From the NCBI GenBank assembly GCA_947589015.1, contig CANPZF010000005.1, positions 4,341 through 68,340 of the forward strand: a stretch of DNA of 64,000 nt, in the 5' to 3' direction. Within the stretch, counting starts at the first letter, position 1. Every line of letters begins with the position of its first letter. Shown here one piece after another: positions 1 to 10,217 of the stretch. The notes beneath the pieces were generated by a model that made no database searches, had not been told where the DNA came from, and was given only the letters and a program-made list of their open reading frames with translations. This DNA is from an uncultured Clostridia bacterium. GTDB taxonomy: Bacteria > Bacillota > Clostridia > TANB77 > CAG-508. The position numbers were made by a program, and so were the translations under genes.

Positions 1-314
1 CATATATTGGATCTAAAGCATGTTCTGCATCAATAAATGCTGCTTCTCCTCCTTCTTTTTGTGCTTCTGCAACTATATGTAAAGCTAGTGTTGTTTTTCC
101 TGATGATTCTGGTCCAAATACTTCTATAATTCTGCCTCTTGGTACTCCACCTATTCCTAATGCTATATCTAAGCTTAATGCTCCTGTTGGTATTGCTTCT
201 ACTTCCATAGCTTTAAATTCTCCGAAGTTTCATTACTGAACCTTTACCAAATTGTTTTTCTATTTGACTCATTGCCATTTCTAATGCTTTCTTTTTTTCT
301 GTGTTTTCACTCAT
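1..314 (-). CDS. recA: Recombinase RecA, N-terminal part. The gene continues past the window start. There is an apparent +1 frameshift near codon 35.
   Basis: The reverse complement reads [30 protein letters not shown], then the frame breaks (RRI, stop). The adjacent frame continues [72 protein letters not shown], which is typical RecA. The start codon is at 312-314. Confidence 0.8.
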
Positions 315-457
315 TTAAAATTCCTCCCAATCTTCTTGAACTTTTGTTTGATATTGTTATTATATACCAAATTTTTGTTTTGTCAATACTTTTTATAAAA
401 TTTTCATTTTTAATGTTATTCTTAAGTATTTAACCATAAAAAGTAAATATTAGTTTA

Positions 458-2039
458 TTATTTATACCATGTTTCTATTCCATAAAATGGCTGAAACCAA
501 TTAGGAGATATTTCTCCTACTAAAGACGTATTATATGCAATTGTCTGTTTATTGTTATATAAACTAATACATGGTATATCAGTTTTATATATTTCTGCTA
601 ATCTTTTATATTTTTCCTTAATAACATTGTCATCTGTTGTATTTTTTACCTCTTGCATAATTTCTTTAACTTCATCATTTTGATAATTAGATAAATTATT
701 ATCTCCAAAAAATGTAGTTAAGTCTGGACTCGTAGAAAGATACATACTACACAAAATCATGTCGTAATTCTTAGCTGTTAAAGCTGCATCATATTGTTGG
801 TCTGTATATTGCAAAATATTAATTCTTATACCTTGTGCCTCTAATTGGGTTTTTATATTTTCAGCCACTGCAATATGATTACTATTAGACGCTTTTACTA
901 CAAGATTCAATACTAGCCTTTGTGTTCTGTAGTTTTCTGTAATTTGCCAATATCCATTTCTATATGACCATTTATTATCTACCAGTAATTGTTTTGCTTG
1001 GTCCAAATTATATCCTGAACTTGCATCTTGTTCTTGATATACCCATGAACCATAATCCAAAGGAAAGCTTGAAGTATAATATTTATTTTGATAAACACTT
1101 GATATAATATTAGTTTTATCTATTGAATATGATATAGCTCTTCTAACTTCTTGTTTTGCTAAAAAATAATTTCCGCATATTTAATGCTATAAAATCATGT
1201 TCTCTTCCTTTTACTTCTTTAGGCGTATATCCTATTGTTCCTATATATTCTTGTATATTTATATTAGATGTATTTACTATATCTATGTTTCCAATTTTAA
1301 ATGCATTGTATAATTCTCCTACAGATGTATATATATTTATGTATATCTTATTCAAACTCAATTGTGTTTCTCTATTCCACCAGTTAGAGTTTTTACTTAG
1401 AGTAATATAATTGGATTGTACATCTGTTACTGTATACATTCCTATCCCTATTGGTACAATCCCTGTATCATTAAAGTCTTTGTCATCATAAAATGTCTTT
1501 GATAATATTGGAAAAGTTAAATTATATTCAAAAAATGGTACTTCTGTATCTAAAATGAGTCTTAAAGTATAATCATCTGTAATTTCTACATCAGTAACAT
1601 GTTGCACATTATATGAATAAATTGATGATACTTCTTTTAGTTTTTGAATTGTATAGAAAACATCTGCAGATGTAAACTTTTCACCATTAGACCATTTTAC
1701 ATTTTCTCTTAATTTTATAATATATGAATTATCATTTTGTTTAGCCCATTCCTTTGCTAAATCTGGCTCTGCTTTACAATCTGTAGATATTTTTACTAGT
1801 GGTTCATAAATTAAATTTGTTATATCTTGTATATTCTTATTTTTACTAAGTATTGGATTAATTGTATCAAATTCTGCAACTCCTACCCTTATTTCTGTTA
1901 TTTTTTCTTGTGTATTTGTAGTTGTATTAGATTGTGTTTCATTTTGTTCCTTTTCATCATTTTTTATTTTGAAAAATGAAAAAATCATAATTCCTATTAC
2001 AAATATTATAAATATATATTTAAAAAAATTAGACTTCAT
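458..2039 (-). pseudogene. ABC transporter substrate-binding lipoprotein, family 5 (oligopeptide/nickel OppA-like). It is interrupted by a single-base frameshift in an A6/T6 homopolymer at 1161-1166.
   Basis: Two ORFs (1143..2039 and 458..1060) carry the N- and C-terminal halves of one SBP5 protein. They share a signal peptide, a PLVK motif and EVRRAISYSIDK. Both frames are open across 1106-1183. Removing one T restores NMRKLFLAKQEVRRAISYS. Confidence 0.75.
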
Positions 2040-2267
2040 TTATCCACCTCTACCTTTTGTAATAATACATTATATTTATGTTTTTTTCAAGCTCTATTTG
2101 TAAAAATTTATTGTTTGAATTAATTTACATTTCGGTATTTTTTCACATAGTCTTATCATCTAGAATTTGTATATTATGTAGTAACAATAGCGAAATTTAA
2201 ATTTAATTGAATATTGATATATTAATATTTATATGATAATATATTAAATAAAAAAGGAGAATTTATC

Positions 2268-2846
2268 ATGAATATAGGAATAGATATAGATGATACTATA
2301 GCAAATACATATGAAACTTTTTTTGCATATGTTCAAAAATATATATTAGAAGATTTACATAAAGTCATAAAAGTGACAGATGAAGGAAATATTCCTCATT
2401 CTTATCACTATGCAAATATGAATAATTTAAGTGAAAATGAAAATATGGAATTTTTAAAAAAATATATAAGATCAATATTATCTGAAACAAAACCAAAAAC
2501 ATTTTGTAATTATTATATACAAAAGCTACACGATGAAAATAATAAAATATTTCTAATTACTTCAAGATTTGAACAAAATAGAGATATTACAGAAAACTGG
2601 CTAAAAGTTAATAATTTTATTTATGACAAATTAATTATGCATTGTGAAGATAAAGAAAAAGCATTTAAAGAAAATAATATAGATGTATTCATAGATGATA
2701 ATATAAATTATTGTAAACAAGCCTACAAGAATAATATTAAGACTTTTTTAATGGATACCAGACCTAATAGAAATATTTCTACTGATAATATAAAAAGAGT
2801 TTATTCTTGGCCACATCTTTATTATGAACTAAAAAATCCAACTTAA
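2268..2846 (+). CDS. HAD-superfamily 5'(3')-deoxyribonucleotidase-like hydrolase.
   Basis: IGIDIDDTI matches the DxDxT HAD motif I. Length is 192 aa. The RBS AAGGAGA lies 8 nt upstream of the ATG. A terminator hairpin overlaps the stop codon. Confidence 0.6.
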   Translation: MNIGIDIDDTIANTYETFFAYVQKYILEDLHKVIKVTDEGNIPHSYHYANMNNLSENENMEFLKKYIRSILSETKPKTFCNYYIQKLHDENNKIFLITSRFEQNRDITENWLKVNNFIYDKLIMHCEDKEKAFKENNIDVFIDDNINYCKQAYKNNIKTFLMDTRPNRNISTDNIKRVYSWPHLYYELKNPT

Positions 2847-2864
2847 TCTAAGTTGGATTTTTTA
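2831..2864. terminator. Bidirectional rho-independent terminator hairpin.
   Basis: aaaaaATCCAACTTaatctAAGTTGGATttttt: a 9-bp stem flanked by an A-run and a T-run. It overlaps the stop codon of the HAD gene. Confidence 0.6.
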
Positions 2865-2870
2865 TATATT

Positions 2871-3908
2871 TTAATGTTTTGATTTTTTAGCTTTTGATTT
2901 TATATATATTATTCCTAATGCCATTATTATCAAAACTACTAATAAACAAATTGCCCATAAATTTGAACGATTAGCTCCTGTTTTTATTGATGTTATTACT
3001 TTGTCTATTATTGAACCTCCAGATTTTTTATCCTCTGCTGTATTTGTATTTCCAGCTGCACCTGAATTTTGGGTATTTGAACTTCCTGAACCTCCAGCAT
3101 TAGTTGAACCTGAATTTCCTTGATTTGTATTTCCTTGCCCTGGATTTTCTTCTCCTGAGTCGCCTTGTCCTGGGTTTCCTTCTCCTGAGTCGCCCTGTCC
3201 TGGATTTCCTTCTCCTGAATCTCCTTGTCCTGGATTTTCTTCTTCTGAGTCTCCTTGTCCTGGATTCTCTGAACTAGTTCCTCCAACACTTGTTCTTAAT
3301 ATATCATCATCTTCTATTATAACTGGTGTTACCTCATGTGAAAGTGATACGGTTTTTGTAAATTCTTCGTCTGTTGATGTATCTTTGTTTCCATCACTTC
3401 CTACTGGTTGTATCAAAAGCGTTGAATTTTCATTTTCGTCTGTTTTATTAACAAGCGATATTGTTCCTACCTTAATATTATCTATATTTACAGTATCTGT
3501 TAGTTGATTCAATTCCTTAGTTCCAACGTAATATAAATTTATTCTTTCTAAATCTCTATTAGTTTGAACATCTGTACCTTCAAACATTCTAACATCTTTA
3601 AATTCTTCTGTTCCATCATTTAAATTAGTTGACCATTCGAATTTTGCATCGTAATTACTTGCTACATCTACATTTAATCCTATTTGGAAACTTGCTATAC
3701 TTGAATCATCAGCCATTCCTAAATATACATCAACTTTAGTAGGATCTTGTGATTGTTGTTGCAAAATTACACTTGTTTTATCTCTAGTTACAAGCATTTT
3801 AGATTTATTATTACTATTATTAGTAGCTAAAACAAAGGTCATAAGAGCAGCAAGAATTATAATAAGTATTATCATAAGTATAAATTTTGTTTTTTTATTT
3901 AATTTCAT
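2871..3908 (-). CDS. Surface-anchored protein: N-terminal signal/TM, a beta-rich (possibly cohesin-like) domain, five tandem ENPGQGDSGEG repeats, and a C-terminal hydrophobic segment with a KSKAKKSKH tail. The C-terminus resembles a cell-wall sorting signal with a degenerate SIKTG motif.
   Basis: Seen in the ORF translation. The RBS GGAGGA is upstream of the ATG at 3908. There is a 33-bp tandem DNA repeat at 3127-3270. Confidence 0.6.
   Translation of the reverse strand: MKLNKKTKFILMIILIIILAALMTFVLATNNSNNKSKMLVTRDKTSVILQQQSQDPTKVDVYLGMADDSSIASFQIGLNVDVASNYDAKFEWSTNLNDGTEEFKDVRMFEGTDVQTNRDLERINLYYVGTKELNQLTDTVNIDNIKVGTISLVNKTDENENSTLLIQPVGSDGNKDTSTDEEFTKTVSLSHEVTPVIIEDDDILRTSVGGTSSENPGQGDSEEENPGQGDSGEGNPGQGDSGEGNPGQGDSGEENPGQGNTNQGNSGSTNAGGSGSSNTQNSGAAGNTNTAEDKKSGGSIIDKVITSIKTGANRSNLWAICLLVVLIIMALGIIYIKSKAKKSKH
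3127..3270. repeat. 33-bp tandem repeat, about 4.3 copies, encoding the ENPGQGDSGEG stalk.
   Basis: The unit ttcttctcctgagtcgccttgtcctgggtttcc is repeated head-to-tail with few substitutions. Confidence 0.8.
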
Positions 3909-3958
3909 TTTGTCCTCCTTTCAGATTCTAAATTTTATTAATATGTGTATTTTTACTT

Positions 3959-3992
3959 CTGTAAAGTAATGTTAAACACATTACTTTACAGT
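3959..3992. terminator. Perfect 14-bp stem-loop between the M60 peptidase gene and the downstream surface-protein gene. It is followed by a T-run on the plus strand.
   Basis: CTGTAAAGTAATGT taaaca CATTACTTTACAG followed by tttttattttttac. It is canonical in the plus orientation only, although both flanking genes are on the minus strand. Confidence 0.5.
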
Positions 3993-4001
3993 TTTTATTT
4001 T

Positions 4002-7000
4002 TTACTTTGAGCTGTTATTTATGTTTGTTAATGTAATGTCTTGTAAACTACTTGGAAGAGTTGTGATTAAAGTATCACTAACTAGTCTTTCCCCTTCATT
4101 TGTTAAGGCATTATCTACACGATATAGCTCTACTCTTACTTTTCCTTTTCCTAGTGCTTCCTCAATACGTTTATAATCCTCGTTGTCTTTTTGTTCTCCA
4201 TTTTCCATTACATAATTTCCATCTAAACCAAGTTCTTTTTGTTCAACTACATATACCCATTTACCATCACTTGTTTCACCTAAGTTTGCTTCTCCTGGAT
4301 CTGGTGCTAATATAATTTGGTAACCATTTAACATTTTCCATTCACCTGTTGTTGCATCTTGATACCATAATTTTGCTACGTTATATGCTGGATTTCCTTT
4401 ATATGTACCTGTAAATATTATTGAACCTGCTGGTATTGAATAATCTTTTGATTCATCATAAGTAAATTCTGATGCGAGTTTACCTATTGAACCAGTTTCA
4501 TTAAATTCAACATTGTCTCCTGTTTGTCCTAATAAATCTATTTCACTTATATTAACTTGAGTATCATCAATTATAAGTTTAACATATGAGCAGTCATAAT
4601 CATAATTATATATTGTTTCTTTTCCATCTATTATTTGAGCAAATTCTATTACTTCTGGTTTTGTTATTTCTTCTTCAGAGCTTATCATATTTGCAAAGAA
4701 GTTACCTATTGCTGAGAATGTTCTCTTGATTACACCTGGTTTTTCTACTTTTTTAACTGTTGTCCAGTTATTTCCATCTGAACTTACTTGGATTTCATAA
4801 TAGTCAAATTTCTTTCCTGAATATTTAAGTCCAACTAATTTCTTAACTTCTGGTAATGATATTGTAATTTCTGCTTTTCCTTCTTTTACTTTTCCACTAA
4901 ATGCTGTTTCTAAATCTCCATCTGCTATAGTTGGAACTGCTGAAACTGTTTGTTCAAAGTCTGATGTTTCTACTGTATTGTTTTTGTTTTTATCTGTGTA
5001 TTTTGCAGTTGTATCACTATCTGATGTCATATTAGTTGTTACTTCCCAGCCTTTTTGAGATATTTCACCTAAATGACTTACTTTTACTTCATCTAACTCT
5101 TTTCTTGCTATTTCATATAAGAATTTATCATAAGCAACTACTGTGTAAGTAAATACTCTATTATTTATTGTATCTATTGTATCTGTATATGTAACATTTG
5201 CATTAACTGTTCCATCTGCATTTCTTGTAGGTTCAACAAATGCTATTGGTCTTGAGATTACTTGATCATTTGACCTATAACTTCTTATTATTTCATAACC
5301 TAGAACTCCATTTGGATCTATACCTTCACCTGTTATATTTAATGAGAAGTTTACTTTGTTTTCTGATACTCTATTATTTTGTGCATTTGTTATAGAAGCT
5401 TGTAAATTAATATTTTCTAAAGCATATAAAGGATAATTTCCTTCTAATATATAATTTCTTGATTCATCATTTACATACCAAATTGCCTTTTCTTCTTCGT
5501 CCCATTGTTCTGCATATTTAATTGTATCTTCATTTGGTATCATTCCCCATTTTTTAAAGAACTCTAATACATTCTTTTTGGTTGCTGCACATGCTAATCT
5601 CATTAAATTATTGTCAGAATCTGAATCTATTTTTAATGCCACTTTATTATCATGTGTTGGTGTTGGAGCTTTTGAAACTATTCTTGTTTTAGAATCTATA
5701 TTTCTTGCATAAGTATCCATTCTAGCATAAATTGAATTATTAAATTGATCTTTTTGTGTTGTATATTTCTTATAATTATATCCATCTGTATCATATGCTA
5801 AATGTAACTGCCAATATAATCCTAATTGTGTAAATACATTTTGTGCTTTTCCTGTTTTTCCTGATGTTACTTTATCATATACATCTTTATAGTTGAAACG
5901 TACTGTATTTCTTGTATTATCTGTTTGAGCTAAAATTGAGAAATAGTTATTTGTAACTTCTCCATGTACATATGCTTGTTGATTAATTACATGTCCAATT
6001 TCATGAGCAATTCCCCATCCAAAGTAGTTTCCTTGTGAGTCTGCTGTTTCCTTTCCATTACTATCTACTTTCATTGGAACACCTTTTGCTAAATCTTTTA
6101 CTTCGTTCCACTGAATTCCTATATGTAATCCTCCAGCATACATAAATGCTCTTCCTGTCATTCTCATACATCTAATATTTTGTCTTGTTCTTGGATATGT
6201 ATTATTTGAACCATAAGTATTTGTATCTTGACTAGCTCCTTGTTTTACTAATCCTTTTTGACTATAGAATAAATCCATCATCTGATCCATTGCTGTTAAT
6301 GAATCATATAGTGCATCTGCTCTTTGTTGAAGAGTTGGTTTTCCACCAATTTTTTCTGTCAAACCGTCATATATTTGTTTTGAAGAAACTGAATACATCA
6401 TTGGGTCTAATACAATTTCAGTTAATCCTAATAGACAGTCTGATATTCCTTCTTCATCTGCACCTTTGAATGCTTTACATTCATCTCCATTATGTCTTGT
6501 TTCTAATGAATTTACTACTTTATCTAATTCTGTTACATATGCTAATACTGCTGCTTTTTTCTCTGATTCTGTCATTGCTACTCTATTGCCTGTTGCTGGA
6601 TCTTCTTTACTACTTAAATCTAATACTGGTATTTCTATTCCACCAGATACTCTAACCGCATAGTTTCTATCAATATATCTAAATGGATCATCATCTTTTA
6701 AACCTGTATAGTTAATGTATAAAGAACCACCTTTTTCTCTACTTGTTGAAATCATTTCTGGAATTGTTACTTTATTTATACCAACTTGTAGATTTTGTAT
6801 TACTGTTTGTTGGAAATTTCCTGCTTCAGCACGCCATTGTGTTGCAATTAATTGTAATCTTGTAGATTCTCCGACATTTTTATATGGGTTTCCAACATAT
6901 ATTGTTATTTCTTCTCCTGGTACTGCTCTTGCTGCTACTCCTAATGGTTGGAATCCATTTAAGCTTCCTCTAAATTCTATATGTGAATCATACCAACTTG

Positions 7001-10000
7001 TAACTTGGCTATTTATTTTAGTTACTTTTCCTAAATCTGCATTTTCTAAAAGAAGTCTTGCTGTTTGTAATTCATCTAATAATGCTTGTTTATCTGGATG
7101 GTAATCTCTTTCTCCTGCACTTCCACCTATTTTTTCAATACCCGCATTTAACTCTGATTCTAATGCTGATATCTTATCTTCAACTTTTTTCTTAGCATCT
7201 GCTGTGCTTATATCATCAGCTAGTTCTAAATGCATTGCATCTTTAAATAATGCATTTATTCTTCCTTCTACATCATCATATTCATAGAATCCCATTTCTG
7301 CAATTGTTATATCTCTATTTCCTGTGCTTGCATTTCCTATTGAAACAACTATTCTATCTGTATAAATTGGTTGTTGTAGTTTTACAGCTGTATATTTATT
7401 TCCTTCAGCATCTTTTTTTGTAACAACTTGTGATGCATCCACTCTAACTTGTTTACCTTTATTAGCAGAACCTTCTCTACAATCATTATACCAAACTCTA
7501 GCATAACCAAAGTCACCATTCCATTGTACTTTTGCTAATGTTATATAATTCATTTCATAAGCTTTATCAAACTCTACTATTACACCTTTGTCTGGACCCA
7601 TGTAGAATCCACCGAAATCCCAGTCATCTACTTGTAAATATGAGCCAAAACTATTATCTGCTACACCTTTTGCTGAACCTACTATAACTTGTCCATCTTT
7701 AGTATCTAATGGGCTATCTTTCATATTTCTGTTATCTGCTTTGACAAAAGTTATATTTTTAATATGGGCTGATAATACACCTGCTCCATTAGATGTATTT
7801 ATTCTCTTATATGTTGGTAATTCAACTTCTTGTACAGCTAATGTACTTGCTGTAGCTGTTTGTGAAGGATCACTTATACCTAAACTGTTACATGCAAAAA
7901 CTCTTATTGAGTATTCTGTTGCTTCACTTGCTAATCCTGTAATTGTATAAGTTGTTTCTTTTATTCCTATTGTTTCATCTCTTTTTGTTACTGGATTATA
8001 TTTAACTTCTACTTGTGTTGCTCTCTTAAATTCTTCATTACTATTTGTTGGTTTATATTCTACTATATAACTTGTAGCTCTTGGGTCTGCATTCCATGAA
8101 ACTTTTATTTGTTGATATCCACCTTTTAGTGTTACTCCAGTAGGTGCATTTGGTTTGCTTGTTGGCATTGGTTTTACTGGATATTCTTCACTATATTGAC
8201 TATACCAATCTCCATTAACAGAACGTACACTTACATTATATACTGTATAATCATTATTTGGATCCTGATCTAATAAGTCTTTTATTGATTTGCCGTTAAA
8301 TTGTTCTATTTTTATTTCATGTCCATCTACATCAAATAATTCGCTTACTTTTCCCTTTCCTTTGAAGTTAGCTGTTACTAATACTTGATATCCTGTTACA
8401 TTTACTACATTGTTCCATTTTACCATAAAACTTTCTTCTGTTATAGATGCGTCTATATCAGCTTTTCTAAGTTCTGGTATACTTAATTCTGGTTCTGGGA
8501 TTTTATCTTCCATACCATTTAAAAATTCTACTTTTGATATATCTGCCAATTTGTTACTTGTTGTTCCTGTAACATTTATTATTACTCTTTTTACAGCTAT
8601 AGCATTTCCAAAGTCAACTACAATTGTTCCATCTTTTTCAATCTTGGCTGTTCCTCCAGATATTGGTTCGTAATTTATCTTTGTTGATTGTGTACTATCA
8701 TTAATTACAGTTTGTTGCTCTGCTACTTTATATATTGATTTTATTGATGCTGTTTCTTTTTCTGTTTCTCCTATTTTACATTCAATTTCTACATCTTTTC
8801 CTGTTTCATTATTATGTCCATCTACTATTATAGTTCCTTCTGTTATATTGTTATTTATATTTGAAGATGGTGCTATGCTTAATAATTGTGTTTCTGCTGT
8901 ATCTTCTTCTATATCTATTGCAATACTTATTGGGTTTGTATCTGATATATCTTCATTTTTTGCTGGTTTTAAAGTTACATGTTTATCATTGTTTTCAAGT
9001 ATATCATCTATAGTTCCTGAACTAGTTGAATCTACTGCTCCTGTTTGAGCTTTTGTTTCAACTTTAGTTGTATCTATATTTGTTAGAAATCTTGCTGATG
9101 CACCAATAAATGAATGTCCCTTATTTAATGCTGCATAAGATATATCAGCAATATCTACTACTCCATCTTTATTTAAGTCATATGTATAATCATATATATT
9201 ATGATTAGGTTCTGTATTTCTCTTTCCTTCAATATTATTTACTATATCTGTCACATCATCTAATGTAATATTTCCGTCTTTATTAACATCACCTATTCCA
9301 ATAACTCCTGTTCTTCCTTTTTTAGTTGTTTGTTCCCCTTCTGGACCTAACATTGAATTTCCATTGCTATCTACTATTCCTAATGCATCATAACCATTAG
9401 TTAAATGTAATTCAGAAGTTGTATTTCCCTTTATTTCTACATTTGCTTGGGTAAACGTCTGATATCCCTTTCCTGATATAGTTAATGTGTACATACCTGC
9501 TGGCAATTCATTAAATGTATAGAAAAGTTGTTTTTCTTTTTCTATTCCATTTGCTTTTGTTGGTGCTCCTTCGTCATATAGTCCACTTTTCTTTAAAGTA
9601 ACTGTTAGATCATTTGCTGACATATTTTTTTGAGGGAGTCTTAAATCTATACTAAGATTAAGTTTCCCCTTTAATTTTGATGTGTCAAGTTCTTGTGTTT
9701 CAGGTTCGCTTTCACCTTCACCATTGTCGTTGTCTTCATCTTTGCCATTGTTTTCACCCGCATTTACTTCAGTTGGTTGGTTGTTGTCTATTGTACTTGT
9801 CACACCTCTTACTTTTGCCTGTTCTTCTGATGCTGATTTTTTTGTTGCTTCATCTTTTTTCTCTTCTGATGTATTGTTTTCAGTTCCTAAAGTGTTTTGT
9901 TTTTCTTGATTTGTTTCTTCTTCAGGTTCTGCTTCTTTTTTTGGCTCTTCTGTTTTCTCTGAATTGTCTTTTGATGAAGCACTTTCTTCGTTAGTAATCT

Positions 10001-10094
10001 CATTTATTACTGATTCTGCTAATACTGCTGTATTTCCACCAAGTAGCGTAATTATAATGAACATTACAAGTACGAATTTCAATGTTTTTTTCAT
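4002..10094 (-). CDS. Giant secreted multidomain M60-like/enhancin-type zinc metallopeptidase (putative mucinase) with an internal type-I dockerin, FN3 and carbohydrate-binding-like modules.
   Basis: The HEXXH...E motif reads GWGIAHEIGHVINQQAYVHGEVTNNYF, preceded by MYAGGLHIG. The dockerin calcium-binding pair is DVNKDGNITLDD and DLNKDGVVDIAD. The signal peptide is MKKTLKFVLVMFIIITLLGGNTAVLA. The RBS GGGAGGA is 7 nt before the ATG at 10094; the ORF track starts 11 codons earlier. There is no LPXTG. Confidence 0.8.
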   Translation of the reverse strand: MKKTLKFVLVMFIIITLLGGNTAVLAESVINEITNEESASSKDNSEKTEEPKKEAEPEEETNQEKQNTLGTENNTSEEKKDEATKKSASEEQAKVRGVTSTIDNNQPTEVNAGENNGKDEDNDNGEGESEPETQELDTSKLKGKLNLSIDLRLPQKNMSANDLTVTLKKSGLYDEGAPTKANGIEKEKQLFYTFNELPAGMYTLTISGKGYQTFTQANVEIKGNTTSELHLTNGYDALGIVDSNGNSMLGPEGEQTTKKGRTGVIGIGDVNKDGNITLDDVTDIVNNIEGKRNTEPNHNIYDYTYDLNKDGVVDIADISYAALNKGHSFIGASARFLTNIDTTKVETKAQTGAVDSTSSGTIDDILENNDKHVTLKPAKNEDISDTNPISIAIDIEEDTAETQLLSIAPSSNINNNITEGTIIVDGHNNETGKDVEIECKIGETEKETASIKSIYKVAEQQTVINDSTQSTKINYEPISGGTAKIEKDGTIVVDFGNAIAVKRVIINVTGTTSNKLADISKVEFLNGMEDKIPEPELSIPELRKADIDASITEESFMVKWNNVVNVTGYQVLVTANFKGKGKVSELFDVDGHEIKIEQFNGKSIKDLLDQDPNNDYTVYNVSVRSVNGDWYSQYSEEYPVKPMPTSKPNAPTGVTLKGGYQQIKVSWNADPRATSYIVEYKPTNSNEEFKRATQVEVKYNPVTKRDETIGIKETTYTITGLASEATEYSIRVFACNSLGISDPSQTATASTLAVQEVELPTYKRINTSNGAGVLSAHIKNITFVKADNRNMKDSPLDTKDGQVIVGSAKGVADNSFGSYLQVDDWDFGGFYMGPDKGVIVEFDKAYEMNYITLAKVQWNGDFGYARVWYNDCREGSANKGKQVRVDASQVVTKKDAEGNKYTAVKLQQPIYTDRIVVSIGNASTGNRDITIAEMGFYEYDDVEGRINALFKDAMHLELADDISTADAKKKVEDKISALESELNAGIEKIGGSAGERDYHPDKQALLDELQTARLLLENADLGKVTKINSQVTSWYDSHIEFRGSLNGFQPLGVAARAVPGEEITIYVGNPYKNVGESTRLQLIATQWRAEAGNFQQTVIQNLQVGINKVTIPEMISTSREKGGSLYINYTGLKDDDPFRYIDRNYAVRVSGGIEIPVLDLSSKEDPATGNRVAMTESEKKAAVLAYVTELDKVVNSLETRHNGDECKAFKGADEEGISDCLLGLTEIVLDPMMYSVSSKQIYDGLTEKIGGKPTLQQRADALYDSLTAMDQMMDLFYSQKGLVKQGASQDTNTYGSNNTYPRTRQNIRCMRMTGRAFMYAGGLHIGIQWNEVKDLAKGVPMKVDSNGKETADSQGNYFGWGIAHEIGHVINQQAYVHGEVTNNYFSILAQTDNTRNTVRFNYKDVYDKVTSGKTGKAQNVFTQLGLYWQLHLAYDTDGYNYKKYTTQKDQFNNSIYARMDTYARNIDSKTRIVSKAPTPTHDNKVALKIDSDSDNNLMRLACAATKKNVLEFFKKWGMIPNEDTIKYAEQWDEEEKAIWYVNDESRNYILEGNYPLYALENINLQASITNAQNNRVSENKVNFSLNITGEGIDPNGVLGYEIIRSYRSNDQVISRPIAFVEPTRNADGTVNANVTYTDTIDTINNRVFTYTVVAYDKFLYEIARKELDEVKVSHLGEISQKGWEVTTNMTSDSDTTAKYTDKNKNNTVETSDFEQTVSAVPTIADGDLETAFSGKVKEGKAEITISLPEVKKLVGLKYSGKKFDYYEIQVSSDGNNWTTVKKVEKPGVIKRTFSAIGNFFANMISSEEEITKPEVIEFAQIIDGKETIYNYDYDCSYVKLIIDDTQVNISEIDLLGQTGDNVEFNETGSIGKLASEFTYDESKDYSIPAGSIIFTGTYKGNPAYNVAKLWYQDATTGEWKMLNGYQIILAPDPGEANLGETSDGKWVYVVEQKELGLDGNYVMENGEQKDNEDYKRIEEALGKGKVRVELYRVDNALTNEGERLVSDTLITTLPSSLQDITLTNINNSSK

Positions 10095-10217
10095 GTTTTC
10101 ATCCTCCCTTTTTTTCATATTTAACAAAACATCTTTATTATACCATTTATCATAAATTTTAACAATATTTTTCTATTTTTTAATCTAAAAAAGGTTACTG
10201 GATAAAAATAGAAATCC

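Noticed and set aside
3008-3289. 93-aa ORF on the minus strand with an EIQDKE-type repetitive translation.
   Set aside because: It is an alternate reading frame of the 33-bp tandem repeat inside the surface protein gene, a repeat-generated artefact.
6466-9994. Multiple 60-130-aa plus-strand ORFs.
   Set aside because: All are antisense within the 6-kb peptidase gene. They have Leu/Phe/Ser-rich composition and no RBS.
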